64,000 nt of DNA, from assembly GCF_001194135.2 (NCBI RefSeq), contig NC_068997.1, positions 19,606,388-19,670,387 on the forward strand, written 5' to 3'. Position 1 is the stretch's first letter; every line of letters begins with the position of its first letter. The notes beneath the pieces are model-generated. The model worked only from the letters and a program-made list of their open reading frames with translations. It made no database searches and was not told the origin of the DNA. Source of the stretch: Octopus bimaculoides (taxonomy: Eukaryota). The position numbers and the translations under genes were made by a program. Shown here piece by piece: positions 11,031-22,439 of the stretch.

Positions 11031-11599
11031 TAAAACATAAATTAAAAAAGATTCTTCCATAAAATTACCTTGTATGGTTTTAATTGAAAACAATCGCTTT
11101 AAAACAGATAGTTGTTCTGTGAAAGAACCAGAAGCAGGTTGTTATCAAAAGGGTTAATACAATATTTGCTACAGACAAGAAAAAGCTACTTTAAGTGAGT
11201 AGCTGGTGATAAAACTAGCAATTATTGAAATGAGATGGAATATTTTGAAAGAAATTATAATTAAGATTTAGGAGGGAACTTCTCTGAAGCATGAATTTTT
11301 TTTTTTTTATATATTTTTATGCTTGGAGGTAACATGTTTCTGAGTTTGTTTGAGCACAACTTTTGCCCATTACTGATATTTTAGTTGTGTCTGTGAGAAT
11401 AATGTAAGATTTTTTTTTTTTACAGTTAAGGAAAAAAAAAAAAGAACTCCTAAAAACAAAAAATACNNNNNNNNNNAAACTGTAAATTTTAATCTACTAC
11501 TCTTGTATGCATACATACATACATACATACATACATACGTCGTCGTCGTCGTCGTCGTCATCGTCATCATCATCAATATCCTTCATTATCATCATCATC

Positions 11600-11972
11600 A
11601 TCGTCGTTTTAACTTCTACTTTTCCTTGCTTGTAGTAGATTTTTCTATGACCAACCAGGTGCCCTTCCTGTTATCAACCTTCACCTGTTTCCAAGCAAAG
11701 AAACATTTCCCCATGGCTGGATATATTTTCATGGAAGACTAAAAAAGTAAAGTTACCTTCTCGAGTCATACTGACTCATAAGGGCTGGTTTCCCAGTTTT
11801 ATGGTGTATATATTCTCCACCTGGATGGGACGCCGGCCCATCATAGGGTTGCACATTTTTGCCAGCTGAGTGGACTGGAGTAACGTGAAATAAAGTGTTT
11901 TGCTCAAGAACACATGTTCTTCCCAAGTGTTCCTTCACCTGTCTTTGTCTTTTGTTTTCTGTAAATTTGAAC

Positions 11973-12007
<35 letters not shown>

Positions 12008-12175
12008 TGGCTATAGAAAGGGTATTGGCATTAGAATAGGCATGCCAAATCAGACTGGAGTCTGATGCAACCCTTCAGCTTACCAACCCCGGACAAAGTG
12101 TTCAACCCATGCCAGCATGGACAACAGATGTTAAATGATGATAATGACGATGATGATGATGAGGAGGAGGATGAT
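11600..12175. mobile_element. cluster: family D (-, 11600-11750), family C (-, 11770-11925), family E tail (+, 12010-12175)
   Basis: Diagnostic blocks cacctgtttccaagcaaag; gccagctgagtggactggagtaacgtg; aacccatgccagcatggacaacagatgttaaatgatga. Confidence 0.75.
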
Positions 12176-12306
12176 GATGGTATATATGTATATATATATA
12201 TCTATGAATTATATTTAGTTCAAGTACTGATGGAGTGAAGTATCAGATTAAGAAATCTACAGCATGCATTAAGTACTTTGTTCGTAAATCCAAATGTGAT
12301 ATGTAC

Positions 12307-12338
<32 letters not shown>

Positions 12339-12884
12339 CACATACGCACACACACACACACACACACACATTCCTTTTAAACTTTACTTCTTCATTTCTA
12401 GCACCGGTTGGATGAATTACTTATTGCATGTTTGGCTATGTTTTAAAGAATTGATTAGCTTGGTGGCTGATTTGTTTGGTGCATTTCCTAACCAACATGC
12501 ATGATCAGTGATGTGAAAGCTGTTAGTTAAATTAAGCTGGCTTATGTGTTTTGACAAGGGGTTAGAATACAGCAGTAAATGGTAACGTATGAATCAGTGA
12601 ACCTTGTGTGGTAAACTCTACAACTTTCGCTCTCTCGCTTTTTTTTCATCTGCTCACATTTGTATATTCTTATATCTTTATCATAATACAAACTCAATTC
12701 ACTTATGTAAGCTTTCTTCTCTCTTTCTTGCTTCTGTTGTGTTTGTAGTAGCAGTGACAATAACAGCAGTAATTGTTATTGTTTAGGCTCCACATCAAGG
12801 ATCATAGTTATTCCAGCCTTGACTAGCCCATCTTTTTCTCAGGAATTGTGTACACTGATTTTCATTTATTTATTTATTTATTTA

Positions 12885-13335
12885 TTTATCTCATAAGGGC
12901 TGGGACTCACATTGTTGGAAAGCAATGGCACATGAGTGACCGAAAGTACAACAATAGCCCTTCTCCTGAATGAGATGCCAGTTCATCATAGGGTTAACTT
13001 CCCAGTTAAGTCTAGAACTCATCTTTGACTGAGTGAACTGGGGCAACTTGAAATGAAATGTTTTGCTTAATAAAACAATACACTACACTACTACTACACT
13101 CTCTGAGTGGTTGGCGTTAGGAAGGGCATCCAGCTGTAGAAACTCTGCCAAATTTAGATTGGAGCCTGGTGTTGCCATCCGGTTTCACCAGTCCTCAGTC
13201 AAGTCGTCCAACCCATGCTAGCATGGAAAGCGGACGTTAAACGATGATGATGATGATGATGACTACCCGGTCTGGGAGTTAAAACCATGATCTTATGATT
13301 GGGGTGGAACACCCTGACCGCTGGGCCACACATTG
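12885..13335 (-). mobile_element. family C SINE containing a young family E insertion (+, ~13095-13262)
   Basis: The C sequence caatacactac...actacccggtctggg is split by a CpG-intact E tail ending (GAT)6; short ACTAC duplication. Confidence 0.8.
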
Positions 13336-13367
13336 AATTACACTATCTAATGTGTCTCTATATTTTT

Positions 13368-13917
13368 AACCCTTTCATTACCATATTTCTGTTGAAATCC
13401 TCTACCTTTGTTTCAATTTCTTTTTTAAATAATGAGGAATTTAGTAAAATAACTCATTATTAAGTTGGTGTTTAATGTGATGAGCTGGCAGAATTGTTAC
13501 TGCGCTGGAGAAAATGCTTAGTGGCATTTTGTCTGCCTTTACATTGTGAGTTCAAATGCTGCTGAGGTCGACTTTGCCTTTCATCCTTTTGAGTTCAATA
13601 AAATAAGTACCAGTTGAACACTGGGGTTGATGTAATCGATTGAACCCCCTCTTCTGAAATTGCTGGTCTTGTGCCAAAATTTGAAACCATTAATAAGTTG
13701 ATGTTTGGAACAAATTAACATAAAATTTTGATTGAAAATTTTAATTTAAGCCACTTTAATGCTCTTGTTACCATATTTCTTTTGAAATGCATCACCTTTG
13801 TTTTAGTTCCTTTTTAAAGAAATGAATAATTTGGTAAAATAAGTTTCTCATTAATAAAGTTGATGTTTGGAACAAATTAACAGGAAATGTTAATGGAAGC
13901 CTTTAACTTAGATAACT
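13368..13917. mobile_element. TTAA-CCCT-started MITE-like repeat (two units) with nested family B SINE (+, 13480-13695)
   Basis: ttaaccctttcattaccatatttctgttgaaat..., repeated at ~13765; the same block recurs reversed at 15140-16555. Confidence 0.6.
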
Positions 13918-13921
13918 TTAA

Positions 13922-14137
13922 CCCTTTAGCATTCAGATTACTTTGTCAAATGTAATGCTTATTTATTCACAATGTTTCAAATTAATCATGCTTTATCTTG
14001 TGGCTTTGAGATTTCAATGATGTAATTGTATATTTTATGACATTGTAAGATAGGTGTGAGATGCTGGATCTGGCTAGGTTAAACATATAACAAATAGAAT
14101 ATTAGAGCTGGATGTGGCTGTTTTAAATGCCAGAAGG
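13922..14137. mobile_element. piggyBac-type MITE
   Basis: TTAA at 13918-13921 and 14138-14141; imperfect TIRs ccctttagcattca / ttaaatgccagaagg. Related copies at 17341, 27951, ~47030 and 57284. Confidence 0.75.
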
Positions 14138-14549
14138 TTAAAGCAGAAATATTGTGTGTTAGAATCATGAGCAGTTTCAAGCAGGTTGGTACCAAAAGAC
14201 TTAAAGAATTAAAGTTGGGTGTGGTTTTTGAGTGACTTTGGTTACTTTTTCCATAGTGCTTTCTCTGTGATTTGCTCATGATAAGATATGAATCATTGAA
14301 ATTTGTGTTACAAGTCTATGACTCTTCTTTTATATTTTTTTTTATTCATTTGCATACATTTAATAACTTTTTTTTGTTTGTTTGCTTTTTTTTTTTTTTT
14401 CATTACAAGCTCATTCACTCATCTTTGTCCATTCTGCTGCTTTAACAGCGGCAACAGCAGCAGCAGTATTTGAGTCTGAAGCAGCCAATAGCATTCATTA
14501 TATTAAATATTATACTTCAGATTTATCACCTGATCTGAAAAATTTTTTC

Positions 14550-15120
14550 TCTGCTGTGGTTTTTGTATCTTTTACCTTTTACTTGTTTCAGTTATTAGAC
14601 TACAACCATACTGGAGCACTGGGTTGAAGAATTTTTAGTCAAATGAATGAATAGCTCCCAGTACTTATAATTTTTTTATTGTTCAACCTGGTACCTATTC
14701 TATTGGTCGCTTTTGCCGAACTGCTTATTTATTTTACTGATCCTGAAAGGATGAAAAGCAAAGACAACCTTAGTGGAATTTGAACTCAGATTGTAAAGAT
14801 ATACGAAATGCCGCTAAGCATTTTGGCTAAACAAAGATACTTTCCTTCATGACTTTGGTCCGAGATTCAAACTCACAATCTCATGATCAACGCTCTAACC
14901 ACTGAGCCATGTGCCTCCACTGTTTATATTATATATATATATATAATATAATACAAATAATCTCCCCACCGTCACTGCTTGACAATTGGTGTTGTTGTGT
15001 TTATGTCCCTGTAACCTAGTGGTTCGGCAAAAGAGACTGATTGCATAAGTACTAGGCTTAAACTCTTCAAGGCAGTGCTTCAGCATGACTATAGTCAAGT
15101 GACTGAAACGAATAAAGGAA
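14550..15120. mobile_element. mosaic of family A, B and C fragments
   Basis: A tail (-) 14550-14640, B core (-) 14715-14830, C head (-) 14835-14920, A tail (+) 14960-15120. Confidence 0.65.
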
Positions 15121-15129
15121 TTAATTTAT

Positions 15130-17070
15130 ATTCCAATTACCAGCTTAATGATACTAGTTATTTTATTAGATACTTCATTATTTTCAAAATTGATTGAAAC
15201 AAGAGCAGTATATTTCTGTGTAAATATTGTAACAAACGGGTTATTTCCCAGGTCAATATTGATATCAATTTAAAAACCTCATTTCTTCCGATGTAAAAGC
15301 TTGTAAATTTTGTGTCTACTCAAAAATAAATCAGAATTTTAATCTTTTTGATTCTAAACTGTCTGAGACTGCTTTTGGTTTTACGGTAGAGACTTCCTGT
15401 TTTAAACTACATGCATCAGTTGTTAGCTTTCGGGAGACTACATCCTTCAAAACAAACATGCTTCCTAAAATTCACCAACTGTACACCGGATGTCCCCCAC
15501 CCCCATTTTTTTTCTTTTCCTTTTTTTTTATAATTTATTCACTATTCACTTCCCATGCATATTCTATGTACTGTACGTGTGGTTTTGGTTACTTTTTCCC
15601 ATGAGTTGTCATGCACCTGAGCACTGTATAGAATAAGTTCATTACTATTATTACTAGCTGGCTCCATGCCATCAAAAGTGACAGCTAATTGTAGTATTTT
15701 ATATATAAATAAGGTACAAAATAAGGTACATAATAATCACACATACAAACGTCCACATACTTCCCTTGTACATGCACACACATATACTCACAGAGAGTTG
15801 AAACACTGTTTGATTCTCCTTTTCAGCATTGAATGTTCACCATCCCACTTCCATTGCACACACACACAAACATTCATATGACTCCCTTTTTAGATACATA
15901 CACAAATACTCACGCAGAGTTGAAACACTGTTTGATTTTTTTTTCACTGTAGAACTTCCATCATCCCACTACCAAGTTTGCCATCACCCCTTCCTTCCTT
16001 ATTCTTCTATCACCCCTTCCTTTCTCATTCATATGTTATGATGGAGAAAAACACAAGGATATTATTATAGTAGATTTTTTTTAAATGTTCCATCAAAGTT
16101 TCGCATTAATCTATATTCCAATCACTGGCTTAATAATGGTAGTTATTTTAGTAAATACTTCATTATTTTCCAATTTAATTGGACCCCCCCCCCCTCAAAA
16201 AAGATTGCAGTTTATTTTGATGTGAATGCTGTAACAAAACGGTTAATATTTTCAGGGTCAATATTGATATCAATTTAAACACACATGCTCCATCTGATAT
16301 AAAAACATACAAATTTTGTATCTACTCAAAATAAATCAGAATTTTAACCTTTTTTATACTAAACTGCCTGAGGCTACTTTTGGTTTTATGGTTCAGATTC
16401 CCTGTATCAAAGTGATCCAAATTAAAACCTTCTATCAAAATTTCAAATTAATTTATATTCCAATCAGTAGCTTTTTTAATAAATTCTTCATTATTTTCAA
16501 AATTAATTGAAACAAAAAACATATTTTAACATGAATACCGTAACAAAAGGGTTACTATTTCCAGAGTCAATATTGTTGTTGTTGTTGGCACTCCGTCGCT
16601 TACAACATCGAGGGTTCCAGTTGATCCGATCAACGGAACAGCCTGCTCGTGAAATTAACGTGCCAGTGGCTGAGCATTCCACAGACATGTGTACCCTTCA
16701 CGTAGTTCTCGGGGATATTCAGCGTGACACAGTGTGACAAGGCTGACCCTTTGAATTACAGGTACAACAGAAACAGGAAGTTAGAGTGAGAGAAAGTTGT
16801 GGTGGAAGAGTACAGAAGGGTTCGCAACCATCCCCTGCCGGAGCCTCGTGGAGCTTTAGGTGTTTTCGCTCAATAAACACTCACAACGCCCGATCTGGGA
16901 ATCGAAACCACGATCCTATGACCGCGAGTCCGCTGCCTTAACCACTGGGCCATTGCACCTCCACATTTCCAGAGTCAATTACCACCTGATATCAATTTCA
17001 ATACTTATACTCCCTCTGCTGTAAAAACTGATCTTGTATCTACTCAAAAGAAATCATAATTTTAATCTAA
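15130..17070. repeat. three diverged direct copies of a ~300 bp unit
   Basis: cttcattattttcaaaattrattg...gtaacaaa..ggtta..tttcc..gtcaat...tatcaattt...tatctactcaaaa.aaatca.aattttaa at ~15140-15410, ~16130-16410 and ~16470-17070 (third copy split by a SINE). Confidence 0.75.
16572..16964 (-). mobile_element. full-length young tRNA-derived SINE with 15 bp TSD and (CAA)n tail
   Basis: TSD atttccagagtcaat at 16557-16571 and 16965-16979; A-box TGGCCCAGTGG, B-box-like GGTTTCGATTCCC; CpGs intact; ends gagtgccaacaacaacaacaat. Confidence 0.92.
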
Positions 17071-17340
17071 TCAACCATGTCTTAATGAAGAGCTCAGAAA
17101 AGGAAGGGAAGTTGTCCTCAAGCTGGAGGCCTAGCATGAATGCTTGGAGTGGAGTAGGCACCACTGAAGAAGCTTAAAGGCCATGTGATAGTGTGAAACT
17201 AAGAAACTGGTTAAATCTACAACTGATCATCTAAACCATCTGATTGTTGAGCTTATGGACAGTTTCTCTCCATTGAATTTCTTTCATAAGGCTTTGGTTG
17301 ACCTCAGTCTGCATCAAAGGACATAGTAGTGTTGTGTTAA

Positions 17341-17823
17341 CCCTTTAGTATCCATGTTATTCTGTCAAAAGTAATGCTTTTTCTTTATTCACATTGCTTT
17401 GAATTAATCATGCATTATTTTGTGGCTGTGAGATTTTGATGAGGTAACTATTCATTTTTTAAAATGATATTGTAGCATTCCGGTGGTGTAAAGCACCCGT
17501 GGTGGTGCCATGTAAAAGTGTCCTTGTAATATCATGTAAAAGTGCCCATGCAGTACCACTTAAAAGCACACAGCACACTCTGTAAAGTGGATGGCATTAG
17601 GAAGGGCACACAACTGTAAAAACCATGCCAAATCAGACTGGAGTCTGGTGCATCCCCCCCCATCCCCCCCAGCTTGCCAGCTCTGGTCACACTGTCCAAC
17701 CCATGCCATGGACAACGGACATTAAATGATGATGATGATGGTAGTGATGGTGTGAGAAGCCAAGTCTGGCCAGCTTGAACATAGAACAGGTAGAATATTT
17801 TGGTTGGTTTAAATTCTAAAGGG
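17341..17823. mobile_element. piggyBac-type MITE with nested family E copy (+, ~17480-17745)
   Basis: TTAA-ccctttag start and aaattctaaaggg end; internal ggcattaggaagggcac...aacccatgccatggacaacggacattaaatgatg. Confidence 0.7.
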
Positions 17824-18269
17824 TTTCGGCATGGGTACACCAGGCAGTTGTCAGAGATCCAACGAGACTAGGGGCCGAATTTTGACCTATGTATGTTGTG
17901 GCTTGCCACATATAAATAAATACTTATAGGGCTCACCACTTTGAATTGCCTGGCAGGTCTATAATGCTTGATATGATGTCTCTGATACAAGACGTTCTAT
18001 GTTAGGATTGAACCTGGAAGTATGTTTAGCTCCAGGTTAGACTTGATCAAGCAGACCTTTGATTGAAGGCATTTCAACCATGCAGTCATTTTTGTTTGCA
18101 AAACCAACTTCTTAACCACATAGCCACACTTGTGCCCAGTTTCTGTGATGGCGAAAAATGGTAAATGGCAATATGTAGTCCTTCACCAATAATCATATGG
18201 ATGTTGTATGTGAATCAACCAATGATTTTTTAAATTGCATGGTTTATCCTTGAATCGGATTGGAAAGGT

Positions 18270-18620
18270 TGCTGTTGTTATTACTGTTTTTGTTGTTGTT
18301 GTTGCTGCTGCTGCTGTTGTTGTTGTTGTTGTTGTTGTTGTTGAGTAGCCCCAATCAGCTTTGCTTAAGTAGTCTTATAATCATGGAAGTAGCTGACTGG
18401 AAATTCGTTGATCAGCAATTCTTGTTATGGCCATCTAACATCTGTATGTGCTTTTAGTCAGTAGAAGCAGGAGTTGGTGGTGGGTGGTGATGGTAGTGTT
18501 AGTGGTGGTGGTGGTGGTGTTGGCGGTGGCGGTGATGGTGGTAGTGGTGGCAGTGGTGATTGTAGTGGTGGTGGTGGTGGTGGTGGTCGTAGTTGTGGTA
18601 GTGGTGGTGGTGGTGATGAT
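18270..18620. repeat. (GTT/GCT)n and (GGT/AGT)n microsatellites
   Basis: Direct trinucleotide runs at 18270-18345 and 18475-18620. Confidence 0.9.
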
Positions 18621-19019
18621 GGTGTTTTGTGTAGGTAAGAGTATGGGAAGGGATTACCTGGAGTGGGATGATATTCCACGTAAAATACTGAAGGTTATTA
18701 ATTATTGGAGAGTGTATGTGCAGAAGTGAGTTCCAAAGACAAAGATCTATAAAAAAAAAATGCAAAAAAAAAAACACAAGCCCAACGATGGTGTCTCTAT
18801 GTGTTTGTTTAACTAGCTAGAAATAACAGCTAAATTTTCTTTAAATGATACCCTATTGTCTTCAAAATGGAGGAAAATGCCTGAAAAAGATCCTAAAAGA
18901 AAGTAGAACAAAACAAAAATAACTGGATGGTTGGAATGCCTTCAATCAAAGGTCTGCTTGATCAAATCTCACCTGGAGTTAAACAATCTCTAGTGATTTA
19001 GGAAATGGTTGAACATCTC

Positions 19020-19540
19020 AATCATCATCATCATCATCATCATCTTTGTCTTCGGTAGCAGCAACAACATTGTTGTCGTTGTCATCATTGTCATCATCAT
19101 CAGTGTCATCATCATCGTCATCATCATCATCATCATCGTCGTCATCGTCATCATCATCATCATCTTTCTTATATGCTGGCATGACTCAGATGGTTTGACA
19201 GGATCTGATGGATCAGAAGAACGGATCATGCTTCAAAGTTTGCTTTGGCATAGTTTCTATGACTGGATACCCTTCTTAATGCCAACCACTTACGGAGTGG
19301 ACTAACATAGTGAAGAATCTCAATTGTTTTCTTTAATTTTTATCTTTTACCTGTTTCATTCATTCATTCACCTGTGGCAATGCTGGGGCACCAGCTTGAA
19401 AGATTTTGTTAAACTAATCAATCCCATGGCTTGTTTCTTTTTTAAAGCCTAACGTTTAGTCTTTCGGTCTCTTTTACCAAACCACTAAGTTTTAGGAACA
19501 TAAACAAACCAACATTGGCTGTCAAGTGTTTGCAGTAGGG

Positions 19541-19576
<36 letters not shown>
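19020..19576 (-). mobile_element. (CAT)n tract with family E remnant (to ~19310) and family A tail (19335-19576)
   Basis: ctggatacccttcttaatgccaaccact; ggtctcttttaccaaaccactaagtt followed by (CA)n into a gap. Confidence 0.7.
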
Positions 19577-20074
19577 NNNNNNNNNNNNNNNNNNNNNNNN
19601 NNNNNNNNNNNNNNNNNNNNNNNNNNNNNNNNNNNNNNNNNNNNNNNNNNNNNNNNNNNNNNNNNNNNNNNNNNNNTATATATGTATATAATATATATGT
19701 ATATTTACTGTATTACAAAATAACACCGAAACAAAACACTGCTAATGCATCAAGAATTGATTATCTTCAGAGTACAAATATCAAGTGTACAACTAACATC
19801 TAGTATAACTAATCATCATCACCATTGTCATCATCATCATCATCATCATCGTAATCATCATTTAATATTGATCTTTTATGCTGGCATGGGTTGGATGCTT
19901 TGACTGGCTCCAATGAGGCAGGGAAATATATCAAGCTCTTGTGTCTGTTAATATCCTAAAGTCTGTGAGTATCTGCTGAATGGCTAAAGAGTGTCTTGCC
20001 CTTCCTGGTGATTTATTATTGTCTTACAAAGCTTGTCTGAATCTTTTATTCGTTTAAAAATGAAGAAACCAGGG

Positions 20075-20400
20075 CTGGCAGGGACATTATGAAGCAATTG
20101 AAGTGGGCTGCTGAGGTTTTGTGGGGCTTTCATTCTGCAAAGATCTGACTGGGCTTGGGTGTTACTAGTGCAGCAAAGAGGAAGGCCATTAGTTTCATTT
20201 CTGAAGCTGCGGAGAAGGCCTTTAGGTGGTTCTGGACAAAAAAGGACAGCCCAGTGATTTGCTGTTATCGGGACGTAAGCTGGGATTTGATCAATCTTGG
20301 GCTGGATCAACTGGGTGAAGGGATCTGATATTGAAAGACCTAAGACTCCCCGTAACTTCAGAGACATCACTGATGATGTATGTCATAGCCTCTGTGAGAT
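20075..20400 (+). pseudogene. Hero/NeSL-like (RLE) non-LTR retrotransposon 3' fragment
   Basis: Reads GWQGHYEAIEVGC*GFVGLSFCKDLTGL/GVTSAAKRKAISFISEAAEKAFRWFWTKKDSP (one CGA>TGA stop, one frameshift), matching the PIEVGCRGF...EAAERASRWLW C-terminus, followed by a 3'UTR-like ...gaaagacc...catcactgatgatgt. Confidence 0.75.
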
Positions 20401-20479
20401 GTATTTTGGAACTGAACTGAAGCTGCAAGTCAGTCTTCATTGACTGCATCAATGATTGAAGATATTCTAGCTGTGGCCA

Positions 20480-20709
20480 TCCTATCATCATCATCTTCAT
20501 CATTGTTTAACGTCCGCTTTCCATGCTAGCATGGGTTGGATGATTTGACTGAGGACTGGTGAAACCAGATGGCTACACCAGGCTCCAATCTGATTTGACA
20601 GAGTTTCTACAGCTGGATGCCCTTCCTAACGCCAACCACTCAGAGAGTGTAGTGGGTGCTTTTATGTGCCACCGGCACGAAGGCCAGTCAGGCGGTACTG
20701 GGAATGGCC

Positions 20710-20744
<35 letters not shown>

Positions 20745-21010
20745 AGTATCCAATCATTTTTGAAAGCATATAGAGATATAGGGAAATATTATCTTAACAA
20801 CCACTTTACAGAGTGTGCCATGCCTGATGCTTTGTGTTGTGGCACCAACACCAGCAGGGACACCAAGTAACTTTCAAGGCAAGACAAGGTTCCCTTGATT
20901 GGGAGGAATAGTATTGAGCAAGATGTCATTGTGCCAGTTGATGAGAGGTTAAAAGAATGATAGAGGGGATAGTGGTAGGTGTCTTTCTGTAGAAGAGATA
21001 CAAGGATGTC
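20480..21010 (-). mobile_element. family E copy (20480-20712) and upstream-body fragment (20790-21010)
   Basis: gtttaacgtccgctttccatgctagcatgggttgg...; the caccaagtaactttcaaggcaagac block is also seen at 27620 and 44715. Confidence 0.8.
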
Positions 21011-21114
21011 CCAGTTGGAGAAGAAGGGAGAAGGAGAGAGAAGGAGACTTAGAGAGAAACATAGAGATGGTGAGCGTATTACATTCCTCATATAAATAAA
21101 TATATATATATATA

Positions 21115-21279
21115 TAGGTGCAGGAGTGGCTGTGTGGTAAGTCACTTGCTTACCAACCACATGGTTATAGCTTCAGTTCCACTGCGTGGCACGTTAGGCA
21201 AGTGTCTTCTGCTATAGCCTTGGGCCGACCAAAGCCTTGTGAGTGAATTTGATAGATGGAAACTGAAAGGAGCCTGTCG

Positions 21280-21280
<1 letters not shown>
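21115..21280 (+). mobile_element. SINE family A head
   Basis: ggtgcaggagtggctgtgtggtaag...ttcagttccactgcgtggcacgttaggcaagtgtcttc...gaaactgaaagg, then (TA)n and a gap. Confidence 0.9.
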
Positions 21281-21312
<32 letters not shown>

Positions 21313-22439
21313 ATGTTTGTGTGTCTGTGCCACTCAATGNNNNNNNNNNNNNNNNNNNNNNNNNNNNNNNNNNNNNNNNNNNNNNNNNNNNNNNNNNNNN
21401 NNNNNNNNNNNNNNNNNNNNNNNNNNNNNNNNNNNNNNNNNNNNNNNNNNNNNNNNNNNNNNNNNNNNNNNNNNNNNNNNNNNNNNNNNNNNNNNNNNNN
21501 NNNNNNNNNNNNNNNNNNNNNNNNNNNNNNNNNNNNNNNNNNNNNNNNNNATATATATGTATATAAATAAATATATATATATAAAGAGAGAGAGAGAGAA
21601 ATATACACACACACATTAGTCTTCATTAGTATAGCTATTTCAAACCTTTATTCATACACCTATAATGAAAAATTGGAAGAAAAATAATTTTGTCAAGTTA
21701 TTCTGGGAAACATTACTAATTTTATTAATGTCTCATCTTTTAGAAACCTATTTAAAATATTTTTTTTTCCAGATCAGTCTAATCTAGCTGCCCAGGATGA
21801 TGCTAAGCTGATTACCAAGAGTAGATTATATTCCACCCCCTCTTGATTGCATGTTTGCACTTTACAAGCTGTATCCGACTCAACCAAAGTTGTGTTGTAT
21901 TCCTTAAACTTTCTTTTCTTATCACAGAAAGTTTCATATTTTCTCTTCCTGCCACGTCCTCTCCAGAAATTTTGATATAAGTTGATTAAAATAGTGATAT
22001 GAAGGGGTATTTGAATTTAATTTTTGTACATTTTGTGTTTTACTTTTTACTGAAATAGTAGCTGGGAAGTTAATGATTTAAAGATGATGAATTTTAATTT
22101 GGTTTCTCGAGTTGATTCTAATCTTCATCCATCATTTATTTATTTGTTTTACTCTTGTTTTTTTTTTCCATACCGGCATGGGTTTGAGGTATACTTATTA
22201 CTGAGGTGTTATTTTACACAGCTGAATTCCTTCCTTATTACTAACCCTTTCCAGGTGAGGGTTACTGATAAGTAGGGTATCCAGCTGTAAAATAGTATTG
22301 TAATAGTGATAGCATCATAGTCCAATGGCTGAAAGAAGTAAAGGAATATAAAAAAAATAAATAAATAAAAGAATACCATGTACTATGTTTTCCAAACTAT
22401 CTTTGTTTAAGGTAGTAGTTTATGAGGTAAATTTGGCTA

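Noticed and set aside
14382-14627. Ala-rich frames on both strands (AALTAATAAAVFESEAA / SNTAAAVAAVKAAEW)
   Set aside because: Driven by a short (GCA)n repeat; the plus ORF runs into a SINE tail and no homology was recognised.
16880-16964. tRNA-like sequences (also 25725-25800, 27250-27329, 47630-47700)
   Set aside because: They have A/B boxes but no complete acceptor stem and continue into repeat bodies, so they are SINE heads, not tRNA genes.
18270-18450. Poly-Gln-like (CAA/CAG) run on the minus strand
   Set aside because: It is bounded by stops. The adjacent RIADQRISSQLL suggests at most a decayed RTE 3' end with a (CAA)n tail, too weak to call.
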